Of a stretch of 59,755 nucleotides of DNA, positions 47,487 through 55,186 are shown in pieces; positions within the stretch are counted from its first letter, which is position 1, and each line of letters starts with the position of its first letter. The notes below the pieces were generated by a model, which saw only the letters and a program-made list of their open reading frames with translations, was not told where the DNA came from and searched no databases. The DNA is taken from the NCBI GenBank assembly GCA_026388125.1, contig JAPLKJ010000273.1, positions 1 through 59,755 of the forward strand, written 5' to 3'. The stretch is from Elusimicrobiota bacterium. Lineage in GTDB: Bacteria; Elusimicrobiota; Elusimicrobia; Elusimicrobiales; UBA9959. The position numbers and the translations under genes were made by a program.

Positions 47487-49218
47487 CGTTCAAGAGCCCG
47501 GGCTGCACGTAAAGACCCCTTTCGCGCATCCGCTCTACGTAATACTTAGCCTTGCCGGGGTTTTTTCTCTGGTAGTTGAGCAGGGCCAGGTCGGTGTACG
47601 CCTTGGCAAGGTCAGGATTGAGCTTAATGGCCGTTTCCCAGGCGGCTTGCGCCCTGTCAGGCAGCCCCGCCCCGTAATATAAGATACCCAGGTTCAGATA
47701 GACGTTGTCGTAGCGCGGATTAAGCTCTATCTCTTTAAAATAATTCGCTTCCGCCTCCCTGAAGTTCCCCCTGTTCATATAAAGCAGCCCGAGGTTGCCG
47801 TGCGCCAGCCTTTCCCGCGGGTTCAGCTCCAGCGCTCTTTTCCACATTTCCTCGGCGCCGGGCATGTTCCCGTCGAGGTAATACATCGAGCCGAGATTGT
47901 TGTAGTTGAAGGCGTAGCCGGGCGAAGACGCCACCGCTTTTTTCCAGAAAGTTATTTTATTCCTGAAATTGCCGCTGTAAGAGAAAGTGAGACAGAAGAA
48001 CAGGACCAGCACCGCGGCGCCCGCCGCCGCGGCCCGCCGGCCGGACAAGTTCAGCAGTCCGGGAACATCCAGCTCGGCCAGCAGGAGGACGAAACCCATC
48101 AGGGCCAGGTAGATCCTGTCCTCGCGGAAGTTCGCTACCGCCGCGGAGGATTGTATGAGCGTGGGGGCCAGGAACAGCAGGAACCATAAAATGCCGAAAA
48201 CCACGAAGCGCGGCCGCTTTGTTCTTGAAAAATAGATCATGATCCCCGTCAGCGCCGCGGCGGCCAGGCCGTACGAAAGCGGCATATCTTTCAGTACGGG
48301 CAGGATCCCGAGATGAACGGGAAAAAATATTTTGCCGAGGTAGCCGGCCAGCGCGGGAAAATTTCCGGCCAGCGAACCCGCCACGTCGAACGAAGCGTCG
48401 CCGGAAACGGCCTTCAGGACCGACAGCCTGACCAGGAACCAGCACGGGACCACTATCAGCCAGCCGGCCCATAAATACAGGGAAGTCCGCCTCTCCGGCC
48501 TGGGCGCGCTTAAGAACAGCAGGAAGAAAGCGCACAGCACGCAAAGAAAGACCGCGTTCTCCTTGGTCAGCAGCGCCAGCAGCAGGAAACCCAGGTGTGC
48601 CGCCAGCCTCCGCCAGGTCCGGGCTTCGAGAAAGGCCAGGAACGAAATAAAGCTCAGCAGCGAGAAGACGGCGAGCAGGATGTCGTTCCTGCCGGGTATC
48701 CACGCCACGGCCTGCGTCAGGACCGGGTGCACCGTGAAGAACAGGGCGTAGAAGAACGCCGCTGCGCGGCTGTATTTCAGCTTAAGCAGCGTCAGCAGCA
48801 GCAGGCAGCAGGCGGCTAAATGCAGGGCCACGTTGGTGACATGGTACAGACCGGGATCTTTACCCGCCCATAGCGCGTCCAGCATGGAAACCACGGAGAT
48901 CATGGGCCGGTAATAAGCGCCGCCGGCCTGCGTATTGAACACGTCCCGCCTGAAAAAATCCGGGAGATTGGCGATATTGGAGATAAAATCGAACCTGTCC
49001 AGCAGGACATTATCGTCCAGGTAGGTGAAATTGAAGGAGAACGTCCTGAAATACAGCAGCAGGCCGACGCCGACCAGCGCCAGCCACGGTTTATAGGAAT
49101 TTAAAAAGGCCGGCCCCGGCGAAGCGCCGGCGGTGCCGGCGCGGATTTTTTTTTGTCTGCGGCTCAGAGGCGCGGGGGACATGAAATAAATTATTGCAGG
49201 CTTTTCTTCCCGCCGCAA
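47473..49218 (-). CDS. TMTC-like GT-C membrane protein with C-terminal TPR repeats (paralogue C)
   Basis: FTYLDDNVLL, YRPMIS, NVALHLAACCLLL and VHPVLTQAVAWIPGRNDIL, plus clear TPRs (YNNLGSMYYLDGNMPGAEEMWKRALELNP). The start is TTG 49218 or ATG 49182. Confidence 0.7.
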   Translation of the reverse strand: MRREEKPAIIYFMSPAPLSRRQKKIRAGTAGASPGPAFLNSYKPWLALVGVGLLLYFRTFSFNFTYLDDNVLLDRFDFISNIANLPDFFRRDVFNTQAGGAYYRPMISVVSMLDALWAGKDPGLYHVTNVALHLAACCLLLLTLLKLKYSRAAAFFYALFFTVHPVLTQAVAWIPGRNDILLAVFSLLSFISFLAFLEARTWRRLAAHLGFLLLALLTKENAVFLCVLCAFFLLFLSAPRPERRTSLYLWAGWLIVVPCWFLVRLSVLKAVSGDASFDVAGSLAGNFPALAGYLGKIFFPVHLGILPVLKDMPLSYGLAAAALTGIMIYFSRTKRPRFVVFGILWFLLFLAPTLIQSSAAVANFREDRIYLALMGFVLLLAELDVPGLLNLSGRRAAAAGAAVLVLFFCLTFSYSGNFRNKITFWKKAVASSPGYAFNYNNLGSMYYLDGNMPGAEEMWKRALELNPRERLAHGNLGLLYMNRGNFREAEANYFKEIELNPRYDNVYLNLGILYYGAGLPDRAQAAWETAIKLNPDLAKAYTDLALLNYQRKNPGKAKYYVERMRERGLYVQPGLLNVIGK

Positions 49219-49222
49219 GCCG

Positions 49223-49585
49223 TTATTTGCGGGACCGTTCAGGCCTGCCCGGGTTCAGCATGGCCAGCAGGGCCGCCTCGGCCTCGCTCCTGCGGGCGAA
49301 CCATTTCTGGCCTTTGCTGCCGCAGACCAGCACATACCCGGTGGTTCTTTCGTTATGCTTGCTGTTGTAGAAGAAATACTCCGCGCGGCACGGCACTTCC
49401 TGGCGGATCTTGTAGCGGTATTCCTCCATCGCCTTGTTATAGCGCAGAGCGGCCTCGCTGTTGAACCGGGAGACGCTTATCACCCGCACTATGCGGTTCC
49501 TGCGCTTTTCTTTCAGATCAAAATTCCCGCCCACCCTGCGCCTGCAGCCGCTCAGCTCTTTTGCCAGCTCCGTTTTCGAGAACAT
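49223..49585 (-). CDS. Small basic protein, function unknown
   Basis: 120 aa. Strong AGGAGG RBS 4 nt before the ATG. Its stop lies 4 nt before the first candidate start (TTG 49218) of the TMTC-like gene. Confidence 0.45.
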   Translation of the reverse strand: MFSKTELAKELSGCRRRVGGNFDLKEKRRNRIVRVISVSRFNSEAALRYNKAMEEYRYKIRQEVPCRAEYFFYNSKHNERTTGYVLVCGSKGQKWFARRSEAEAALLAMLNPGRPERSRK

Positions 49586-49788
49586 ACCGCCTCCTGTCGT
49601 ACAGCTTCCTCCGCCGCAAAGTCCCCTTCACCCGGAACCCGCGGCAGTCATAATAATTTCTCCGAAATAGCCCCTTGCCATAGTACTATAACGGCGCGCC
49701 ATTATCAATCCCGCGCCCGGCTGGTTTTTAACTACTCGGCCGGAGCGCGCAAGCTACTCATGCCAGCGAGTACAAGTGCGCATGGCTG

Positions 49789-49816
49789 TTAATAGCGCAC
49801 GGGGGTATCCTATATT
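49789..49816 (+). promoter_or_regulatory. Candidate sigma70-type promoter (TTAATA-16-TATATT)
   Basis: Hexamers at 49789-49794 and 49811-49816, about 50 nt upstream of the 50-codon ORF. Confidence 0.3.
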
Positions 49817-49865
49817 AGTATGAAGACGGGGCGGAAGTTGCGCCGGCCAGGAGCAGGTGCGTATT

Positions 49866-50018
49866 ATGACCCTTATAAATGCGGCGGAGAACAAAGAATT
49901 CAAAATGTGGATGTCGGTTTCCCTCGGTCTTATCAAGGACGGCAAAATGGGCGCCACTAAAGCCCGGGCCGAACGCATCAAAACCGCGCTCACCTACACC
50001 AGCAAACTGATCAATTAA
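49866..50018 (+). CDS. Candidate 50-codon micro-ORF (below the track cutoff)
   Basis: Read by eye: ATG at 49866, AGGAG 12 nt upstream. Product MTLINAAENKEFKMWMSVSLGLIKDGKMGATKARAERIKTALTYTSKLIN. TAA at 50016-50018, with a hairpin 8 nt later. Confidence 0.3.
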   Translation: MTLINAAENKEFKMWMSVSLGLIKDGKMGATKARAERIKTALTYTSKLIN

Positions 50019-50026
50019 AAGAAATA

Positions 50027-50057
50027 CCGCAAGCGGCCCTTCCCGGGTTGCTTGCGG
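50027..50057. terminator. 8-bp hairpin, terminator-like mainly for the minus strand
   Basis: CCGCAAGC (50027-50034) pairs with GCTTGCGG (50050-50057). A T-rich run follows directly on the minus strand, whereas the T5 on the plus strand is 10 nt away. Confidence 0.4.
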
Positions 50058-50191
50058 CAGGTAAAGGTTTTTCCCTCCGTTACAATATCCCGAACGAACG
50101 CGGTTATCAATGTTTCCCGGCTGCCGGGCGGTGTAATACTTTTCCGCCCGGTCCGTAATACCTAGTGAAGGCCAGCGGCAAAGGAGGGCGT

Positions 50192-50359
50192 ATGGAACCG
50201 GCTGATCCGGCGCCAATGAGGTTCTTGATGAGCGGCGACAGTCTGTGCGGGGACGACCTGCCCGCTTTCACCGATACGCCCGCGCCAGGCGCCGCGGGCG
50301 GCATGGAAGCGGCGGATAATACTGCCGGCCCGGCCGTTCATGCGCTACTGCCTGGGTAG
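50192..50359 (+). CDS. Candidate 55-codon acidic Pro/Ala-rich micro-ORF
   Basis: ATG at 50192 with an AGGAGG 4 nt upstream. G/C-rich third positions like neighbouring genes. This is the inner part of track ORF 50165-50359. Confidence 0.25.
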   Translation: MEPADPAPMRFLMSGDSLCGDDLPAFTDTPAPGAAGGMEAADNTAGPAVHALLPG

Positions 50360-50414
50360 CGGCCGCGGGAAAATAAAGTCCGGAGCTTCAAATATCAGTA
50401 AAGGAGAAAAGATC

Positions 50415-50876
50415 ATGAAAAAAATAAAACTGTTGTTATTGACCGCGGTGCTGGCGGGCTGCGCGGCGGGAGCCGCGGCCGCGGAGCTGCAGATAGCTCC
50501 GGGGTACAGGGCCGTGGTGGTGCCCATAGCTAAAGCGGAGCTGCTGTTCATAAAGCCGGGCGACCGGGTGGACATGCTGGTGACCGTTCCGCAGCCGGGC
50601 GGGGAAGTGACTGCCACGCTGCTGCAGAATATCGTGGTGCTGGAAACGGTGGATACGGGCGGCATCCATGCCCTGGCGCTGCTGGTGAACATCAACGAAG
50701 CGCAGTACGCCATGCTGGCCCTGACCGGCGGCTACCAGATACACTTCGGCATCCGCGGCAAGGGAGACACCGAGCTGCATCCCATGGAAGTGGCTTCTTT
50801 CCGGCACCTGTTCGGTTCCGGCAACGGGAAAGTCCCTGAAAAAGAAACGGCGCCCGAGCCCGCCAAAGCGCCCTGA
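50415..50876 (+). CDS. Lipoprotein with a CpaB/RcpC-like beta-clip domain, lacking a SAF domain
   Basis: The ATG at 50415 has an AAGGAG RBS. Canonical lipobox LAGC. GYRAVVVPI...IKPGDRVDMLVT...LLQNIVVLE...LLVNINEAQYAMLALT follows the Flp-pilus CpaB C-terminal pattern. Confidence 0.5.
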   Translation: MKKIKLLLLTAVLAGCAAGAAAAELQIAPGYRAVVVPIAKAELLFIKPGDRVDMLVTVPQPGGEVTATLLQNIVVLETVDTGGIHALALLVNINEAQYAMLALTGGYQIHFGIRGKGDTELHPMEVASFRHLFGSGNGKVPEKETAPEPAKAP

Positions 50877-50921
50877 CGGCGGCAATTCACCGCGGCCGGG
50901 GAATATTTGTAGAATACCTCA

Positions 50922-51287
50922 ATGCTGCGTGAAGAGAAGAACATACGCCAGACGCCGGGCGAACCGGCGCGCCGCTGGTGGTCCGACGAGTACTTCGACC
51001 TGATCGTCTGGCTCGAGCCCGGCGGCGCCGTCCGTGGCTTCCAGCTTTGCTACGACCGCGGCTGCGCCCCGCGCGCCCTGACCTGGATAAAGGGGAAAGG
51101 CTACACGCACGACGGCATAGACGACGGCGAGGGCAACGGGGGGGAGTCCAAAGGCTCGCCTATCCTGGTAAAGGACGGCTTTTTCGACGTAAAAAGCGTA
51201 GGCGCCAGGCTGGCCGCGGCCGCCGGGGAGCTGCCGCGGGAAATAAGCGCCGTGATACTGGAAAAAGTGAACGGCTTCAAGCACTGA
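50922..51287 (+). CDS. Hypothetical protein
   Basis: 121 aa. No SD, but a TAGAAT hexamer ends 6 nt before the ATG. Its stop lies 2 nt before the next start. Confidence 0.4.
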   Translation: MLREEKNIRQTPGEPARRWWSDEYFDLIVWLEPGGAVRGFQLCYDRGCAPRALTWIKGKGYTHDGIDDGEGNGGESKGSPILVKDGFFDVKSVGARLAAAAGELPREISAVILEKVNGFKH

Positions 51288-51289
51288 CT

Positions 51290-51793
51290 ATGCCGAAAGA
51301 TTTCAAGCCGGACATGGGGAAAGGCGACCTGGGCTTCACCGACCTGTTCGGCGGCCGGCGCGTGCCCAAGACCGACCGCCGCATAAAGCTTAACGCGCTG
51401 CTCGACGACCTGAGCGCGCTGCTGGGCCTGCTGAAGACCGGCGTAGCCGGGGCCGCGGCGAAAAAAGAACTTACGGCCGCGCAAAAAAGCATAATAGCGG
51501 CGTCCGCCCTGATAGCGGGGCTGAAAACAGGGCCGAAGCCGGACACCGCGGCCCTGGAGGGCCTGATAGCCGCGGCGGCCGCCAAGATCAGGCCTCCCCA
51601 AAAATTCGCGCTGCCCGGCGCCAACGAGACCGAGGCGCTGGCGCATTACGCCCGCGCCAAGGCGCGCGTCTGCGAGATACTCGCCTGGGAAATTAAAGCC
51701 AAAGCCCCCGCCGTATATCTCAACCGCCTCTCCGATTACCTCTTCCTTGTGGCCATAAAGCATTCCCGGGGCGGGCGCAAGGCCCGGAAATGA
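51290..51793 (+). CDS. PduO-type ATP:cob(I)alamin adenosyltransferase
   Basis: The ATG at 51290 lies inside track ORF 50978-51793. Contains GDLGFTDLFGGRRVPK, FALPGANE and YLNRLSDYLF motifs. Confidence 0.75.
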   Translation: MPKDFKPDMGKGDLGFTDLFGGRRVPKTDRRIKLNALLDDLSALLGLLKTGVAGAAAKKELTAAQKSIIAASALIAGLKTGPKPDTAALEGLIAAAAAKIRPPQKFALPGANETEALAHYARAKARVCEILAWEIKAKAPAVYLNRLSDYLFLVAIKHSRGGRKARK

Positions 51794-51800
51794 GGCGCTT

Positions 51801-53225
51801 ATGAACGAATACTTCAAATTCAGCGAACGCAACACCAACTTCAGAACGGAGGTCCTGTCGGGCGCGGCCACCTTCCTGACGATGGCCTATATTATTTTCG
51901 TGAACCCGGGCATACTCTCGGCGGCCGGGGTCCCTTTTGCGGGCGCGGTCACGGCCACGGCCGCAGGCGCGGCCGTTATGAGCATCATCATGGGCGCCGT
52001 GGCCAACAGGCCGCTGGCGCTGGCCTCCGGCATGGGCATAAACGCGGTGCTGACCTTCTCGGTCATCGGCTTCCAGCAGGCCAACGTGCCGTGGCAGGTG
52101 GGCATGTCCGTTATTTTTATCGAGGGCATGCTGATCTTACTGCTGGTGGTCTCGGGCTTTCGCGAGGCCGTGATGGAGTCCATCCCGCTCAACCTTAAAA
52201 GGGCCATAGGCGTGGGCATAGGACTGTTCATCACGGTGATAGGCCTCAACGAGGGCGGCATAATAAGGCCGGCCCCCATCACCATGGTGGCGCTGGGAGA
52301 TTTCTCGCAGCACTACGTCTGGGTCACGCTGATCGGTTTTTTCGCCACGGCTTTTTTCATGGCCTCCAAGGTCAAAGGCGACATCCTCTGGGGGATAGTG
52401 GCCGCCGCGGGCGCCGCGCTGCTGCTGGGCGTCACCGCCGTGCCGCACGCCGCTTTCGCCGCGCCGGACCTCGTCACTTTCTTCGCGCCGTTCCAGACGG
52501 TGAACGGTAAGCTGGCGCTGACGCAGGCGCTGGCCCCGGGCCTGCTGTTCGCCATCTTCGCCATCATGCTCACCGACTTTTTCGACACGATGGGCACGGT
52601 GGTGGCCGTGGGGGAGCAGGCCGGCTTCGTGAACGCGGACGGCAGCGTGTGCGACATCAAAAAGATACTGATCGTGGACTCCGCCGCGGCCGCCGTGGGC
52701 GGGCTGTTCGGCGCCAGTTCCATAACCACCTACATCGAATCGGCGGCCGGCGTGGCCGAGGGCGGCAGGACCGGTTTCTCGGCGGTGGTTACCGGGCTGC
52801 TGTTCGGGCTGTGCGCTTTCTTCGCCCCGCTGATCCAGATGATAGGCGGCGGCTACCGGCTGCCCAACGCCGCTCATTACGGCCTGCTGGTGAACAGCGG
52901 CTTCACCCCGCCCGCCGACGTGCTGCCGGGCGGCTCCGGGGATTATTTCGTCTACCCGATAACGGCCGGCGCGCTGGTGATAGTGGGCTCGCTGATGATG
53001 AAGACCGTGCGGGAGATAGACTGGGACGAATTCGACGAGGCCCTGCCGGCCTTCCTGACGATGATAGGCATACCGCTGACCTACAACATCAGCAACGGCA
53101 TCGGCTTCGGCTTCATCAGCTACGTGGCGATAAAAATGGCCAGGCGCAAATTCGGCCAGATACACCCGCTGATGTACGTGGTAAGCCTGGCCTTCCTGCT
53201 CTCCTTTATCCTGGCGTCGAAATAA
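51801..53225 (+). CDS. NCS2-family (AzgA/PbuG-like) purine permease
   Basis: The N-terminus FSERNTNFRTEVLSGAATFLTMAYIIFVNP is characteristic. About 13 TM spans. Confidence 0.9.
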   Translation: MNEYFKFSERNTNFRTEVLSGAATFLTMAYIIFVNPGILSAAGVPFAGAVTATAAGAAVMSIIMGAVANRPLALASGMGINAVLTFSVIGFQQANVPWQVGMSVIFIEGMLILLLVVSGFREAVMESIPLNLKRAIGVGIGLFITVIGLNEGGIIRPAPITMVALGDFSQHYVWVTLIGFFATAFFMASKVKGDILWGIVAAAGAALLLGVTAVPHAAFAAPDLVTFFAPFQTVNGKLALTQALAPGLLFAIFAIMLTDFFDTMGTVVAVGEQAGFVNADGSVCDIKKILIVDSAAAAVGGLFGASSITTYIESAAGVAEGGRTGFSAVVTGLLFGLCAFFAPLIQMIGGGYRLPNAAHYGLLVNSGFTPPADVLPGGSGDYFVYPITAGALVIVGSLMMKTVREIDWDEFDEALPAFLTMIGIPLTYNISNGIGFGFISYVAIKMARRKFGQIHPLMYVVSLAFLLSFILASK

Positions 53226-53303
53226 GCGCGGGACCCGCCGCGGCAACTCGCCCGTTAAGGGCCCCGGCCGAACTGCCCGGGGCCGGCCTGAGCCTTCCGG
53301 CCC

Positions 53304-53331
53304 TTGCTGATCGTTCGCGGCCTGTTAAAAT
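53304..53331 (+). promoter_or_regulatory. Candidate promoter (TTGCTG-16-TAAAAT)
   Basis: Hexamers at 53304-53309 and 53326-53331, 19 nt upstream of the amidase ATG. Confidence 0.35.
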
Positions 53332-53349
53332 AGATATATAGGCAGCTTT

Positions 53350-54141
53350 ATGAAACGCTTAAGTTTTATTCTCTCCGCCGCGCTGCTCTGGGGTTTTCTG
53401 CCCCGCGCGGGCGCCGATGACTGGACCGGGCTCGGGAACGGCCTGCCGGCCGCCGCGGCCGAATTCGTGGCAAGCCCGCCGGCGCCGCTGTCCCGGGCGG
53501 AGGGCCCCCGCCAGCTTATCTGCGTGGACGCGGGCCACCCCAACACCTTTAACAGCGGCACGCAGCCGGTGAGCGGCACCACCGAAACGCATATAAACTG
53601 GCAGGTGGCGCTGAAACTGGAGCGGATATTGAAGGAGCGGGGTTTCGACGTGCTGATGACGAAAACGGCGGAACTGCAGTACGTCGAGAACAAGGAGCGG
53701 GCGCTGATGGCCAACCGCGGCGGCGCGGCGCTGTGCGTGCACCTGCACTGCGAAAGCACCCCGGGCACGGGCTTCGCCATCTATTACCCCGACCGCCAGG
53801 GCGTGTACGATTATAAGAACGATCCCGACAACGGTTTCAAAGGGCCTTCCGGCCAGGTAATGACCGACAGCCTGGTCCTGGCCGAAGCGATGCGCAAAGG
53901 TATGGCGCAGGGGCTGGCCGGGAGCCTCTCCGACGGCGGGGTGCGCGGCGACTCGCGGACGCAGGTGGGGTCCAGCCAGGGCGCGCTTACGTTCTCCATT
54001 TTCTCGAAGATCCCCACCATCACCATAGAGATGGCCGTGCTGACCAACCCGCGCGACGCGCGCTTTATAAAATCGGAGGCGGGTCAGGAAAAGACGGCGC
54101 AGGCCATAGCCGCCGGCATACTGCTTTACAGGATCCCGTAA
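53350..54141 (+). CDS. N-acetylmuramoyl-L-alanine amidase (Amidase_3 family), exported
   Basis: Signal peptide, then ICVDAGHPN, ETHINWQVALKL and CVHLHCES Zn-ligand pattern. Confidence 0.85.
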   Translation: MKRLSFILSAALLWGFLPRAGADDWTGLGNGLPAAAAEFVASPPAPLSRAEGPRQLICVDAGHPNTFNSGTQPVSGTTETHINWQVALKLERILKERGFDVLMTKTAELQYVENKERALMANRGGAALCVHLHCESTPGTGFAIYYPDRQGVYDYKNDPDNGFKGPSGQVMTDSLVLAEAMRKGMAQGLAGSLSDGGVRGDSRTQVGSSQGALTFSIFSKIPTITIEMAVLTNPRDARFIKSEAGQEKTAQAIAAGILLYRIP

Positions 54142-54173
54142 AAACAACGCCTTTATCCCGGCCCATGAAAAAA

Positions 54174-54199
54174 GCCGCGCCCGGCAGCGCGCGGCTTTT
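54174..54199. terminator. Bidirectional terminator between convergent genes
   Basis: A6, then GCCGCGC (54174-54180) pairing with GCGCGGC (54189-54195), then TTTT. Confidence 0.6.
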
Positions 54200-54216
54200 C
54201 TTGTGCCGGCGGGCGG

Positions 54217-55092
54217 TCAGCGCAGCTTTTTAGCTTTCAGGTAGTCTATCAGGGCGGCTGGGTAATCGGTTATGATGGCGTCGGCGCCTTCCGCTATGGC
54301 CAGGTCCCAGTCCTTGGGCGTATTTAATGTCCAGGGCGCCACCTGTATGCCGGCCTCGTGGGCCTCCTTTATAGCGTCCGCGGTCATCCAGGTATAGTCG
54401 GGGCTCCAGATGTCGGCCTTGGCGCTTTTCAGGGCCGGCACTATGTCAACCAGCTCTTCGTAGGTAAGCTGGGAGGTGCGTATCTCCGGTACCAGCTTCT
54501 TCATTTCCTTGAGCGTGCGCACGTCGAAAGACTGCAGTATCACGCGCCTCTCCATGCCGTGCTTTTTTACTACGCCTGCCATCAGTTTTACGAACTCGGC
54601 CGGCGCGGGGGTGAGTTCCGGCCGGCTCGGGAAGATCTTTGTCTCTATGTTGAACTGCACTTTGGCGGCGGCCGGCTGCGTGGAGGCCTCCACCAGCGCG
54701 AACACCTCGTCCAGCGTGGGGATGCGCGCGCCGGGGGCCGGCACCTGCTCCGGGAATTTCGGGTGGGGGAGCGAGCCGCAGTCGTATCGCTTCACTTCTT
54801 CCAGCGTCAGCGAGCGGATGGGCAGCGGCTTCTCCGGCGGTTTACCGTCGGGGCCCAGGCAGCGCTCGGGGGTAATATTGGGCTCGTGGGAGATCACTAT
54901 AACGTCGTCCTTGGTGACGCCCATGTCCATTTCCAGCACGTCCACGCCGGCGCGCAGGGCTTCCGCGAAGGCGGGCAGCGTGTTTTCCGGGCGCGTGCCG
55001 CGGGTGCCGCGGTGCCCGTGCACTTCAACGGCCCGCGCCGCGGCGCAGGAGAAAAGCAGAACGGCGAAAGCGGGGAACAGTATTTTTTTCAT
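54217..55092 (-). CDS. Glycerophosphodiester phosphodiesterase (exported)
   Basis: Signal peptide. HGHRGTRGTRPENT and LEMDMGVTKD motifs. Confidence 0.85.
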   Translation of the reverse strand: MKKILFPAFAVLLFSCAAARAVEVHGHRGTRGTRPENTLPAFAEALRAGVDVLEMDMGVTKDDVIVISHEPNITPERCLGPDGKPPEKPLPIRSLTLEEVKRYDCGSLPHPKFPEQVPAPGARIPTLDEVFALVEASTQPAAAKVQFNIETKIFPSRPELTPAPAEFVKLMAGVVKKHGMERRVILQSFDVRTLKEMKKLVPEIRTSQLTYEELVDIVPALKSAKADIWSPDYTWMTADAIKEAHEAGIQVAPWTLNTPKDWDLAIAEGADAIITDYPAALIDYLKAKKLR

Positions 55093-55170
55093 TTAACCCT
55101 CCGGTGACTATTTCTGAATAATAGGATATTGGAGTTGCGTTGGCAATTTAGAACGGGGAATTTGCGCAAA

Positions 55171-55179
55171 TGTTATAAT
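55171..55179 (+). promoter_or_regulatory. Extended -10 (TGtTATAAT) ending 7 nt before the ATG
   Basis: TG at 55171-55172, TATAAT at 55174-55179, ATG at 55187. No SD in between. Confidence 0.3.
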
Positions 55180-55186
55180 TGCCGCA

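Noticed and set aside
50196-50222. GAACCGGCTGATCCGGCGCC, reminiscent of the TPP-riboswitch ACCTGATCCGG...GCCGGCG core
   Set aside because: The obligatory CTGAGA element and the TAATGCC segment are absent, and no thiamine gene follows. I also found no B12-box or purine-riboswitch junctions in the gap.
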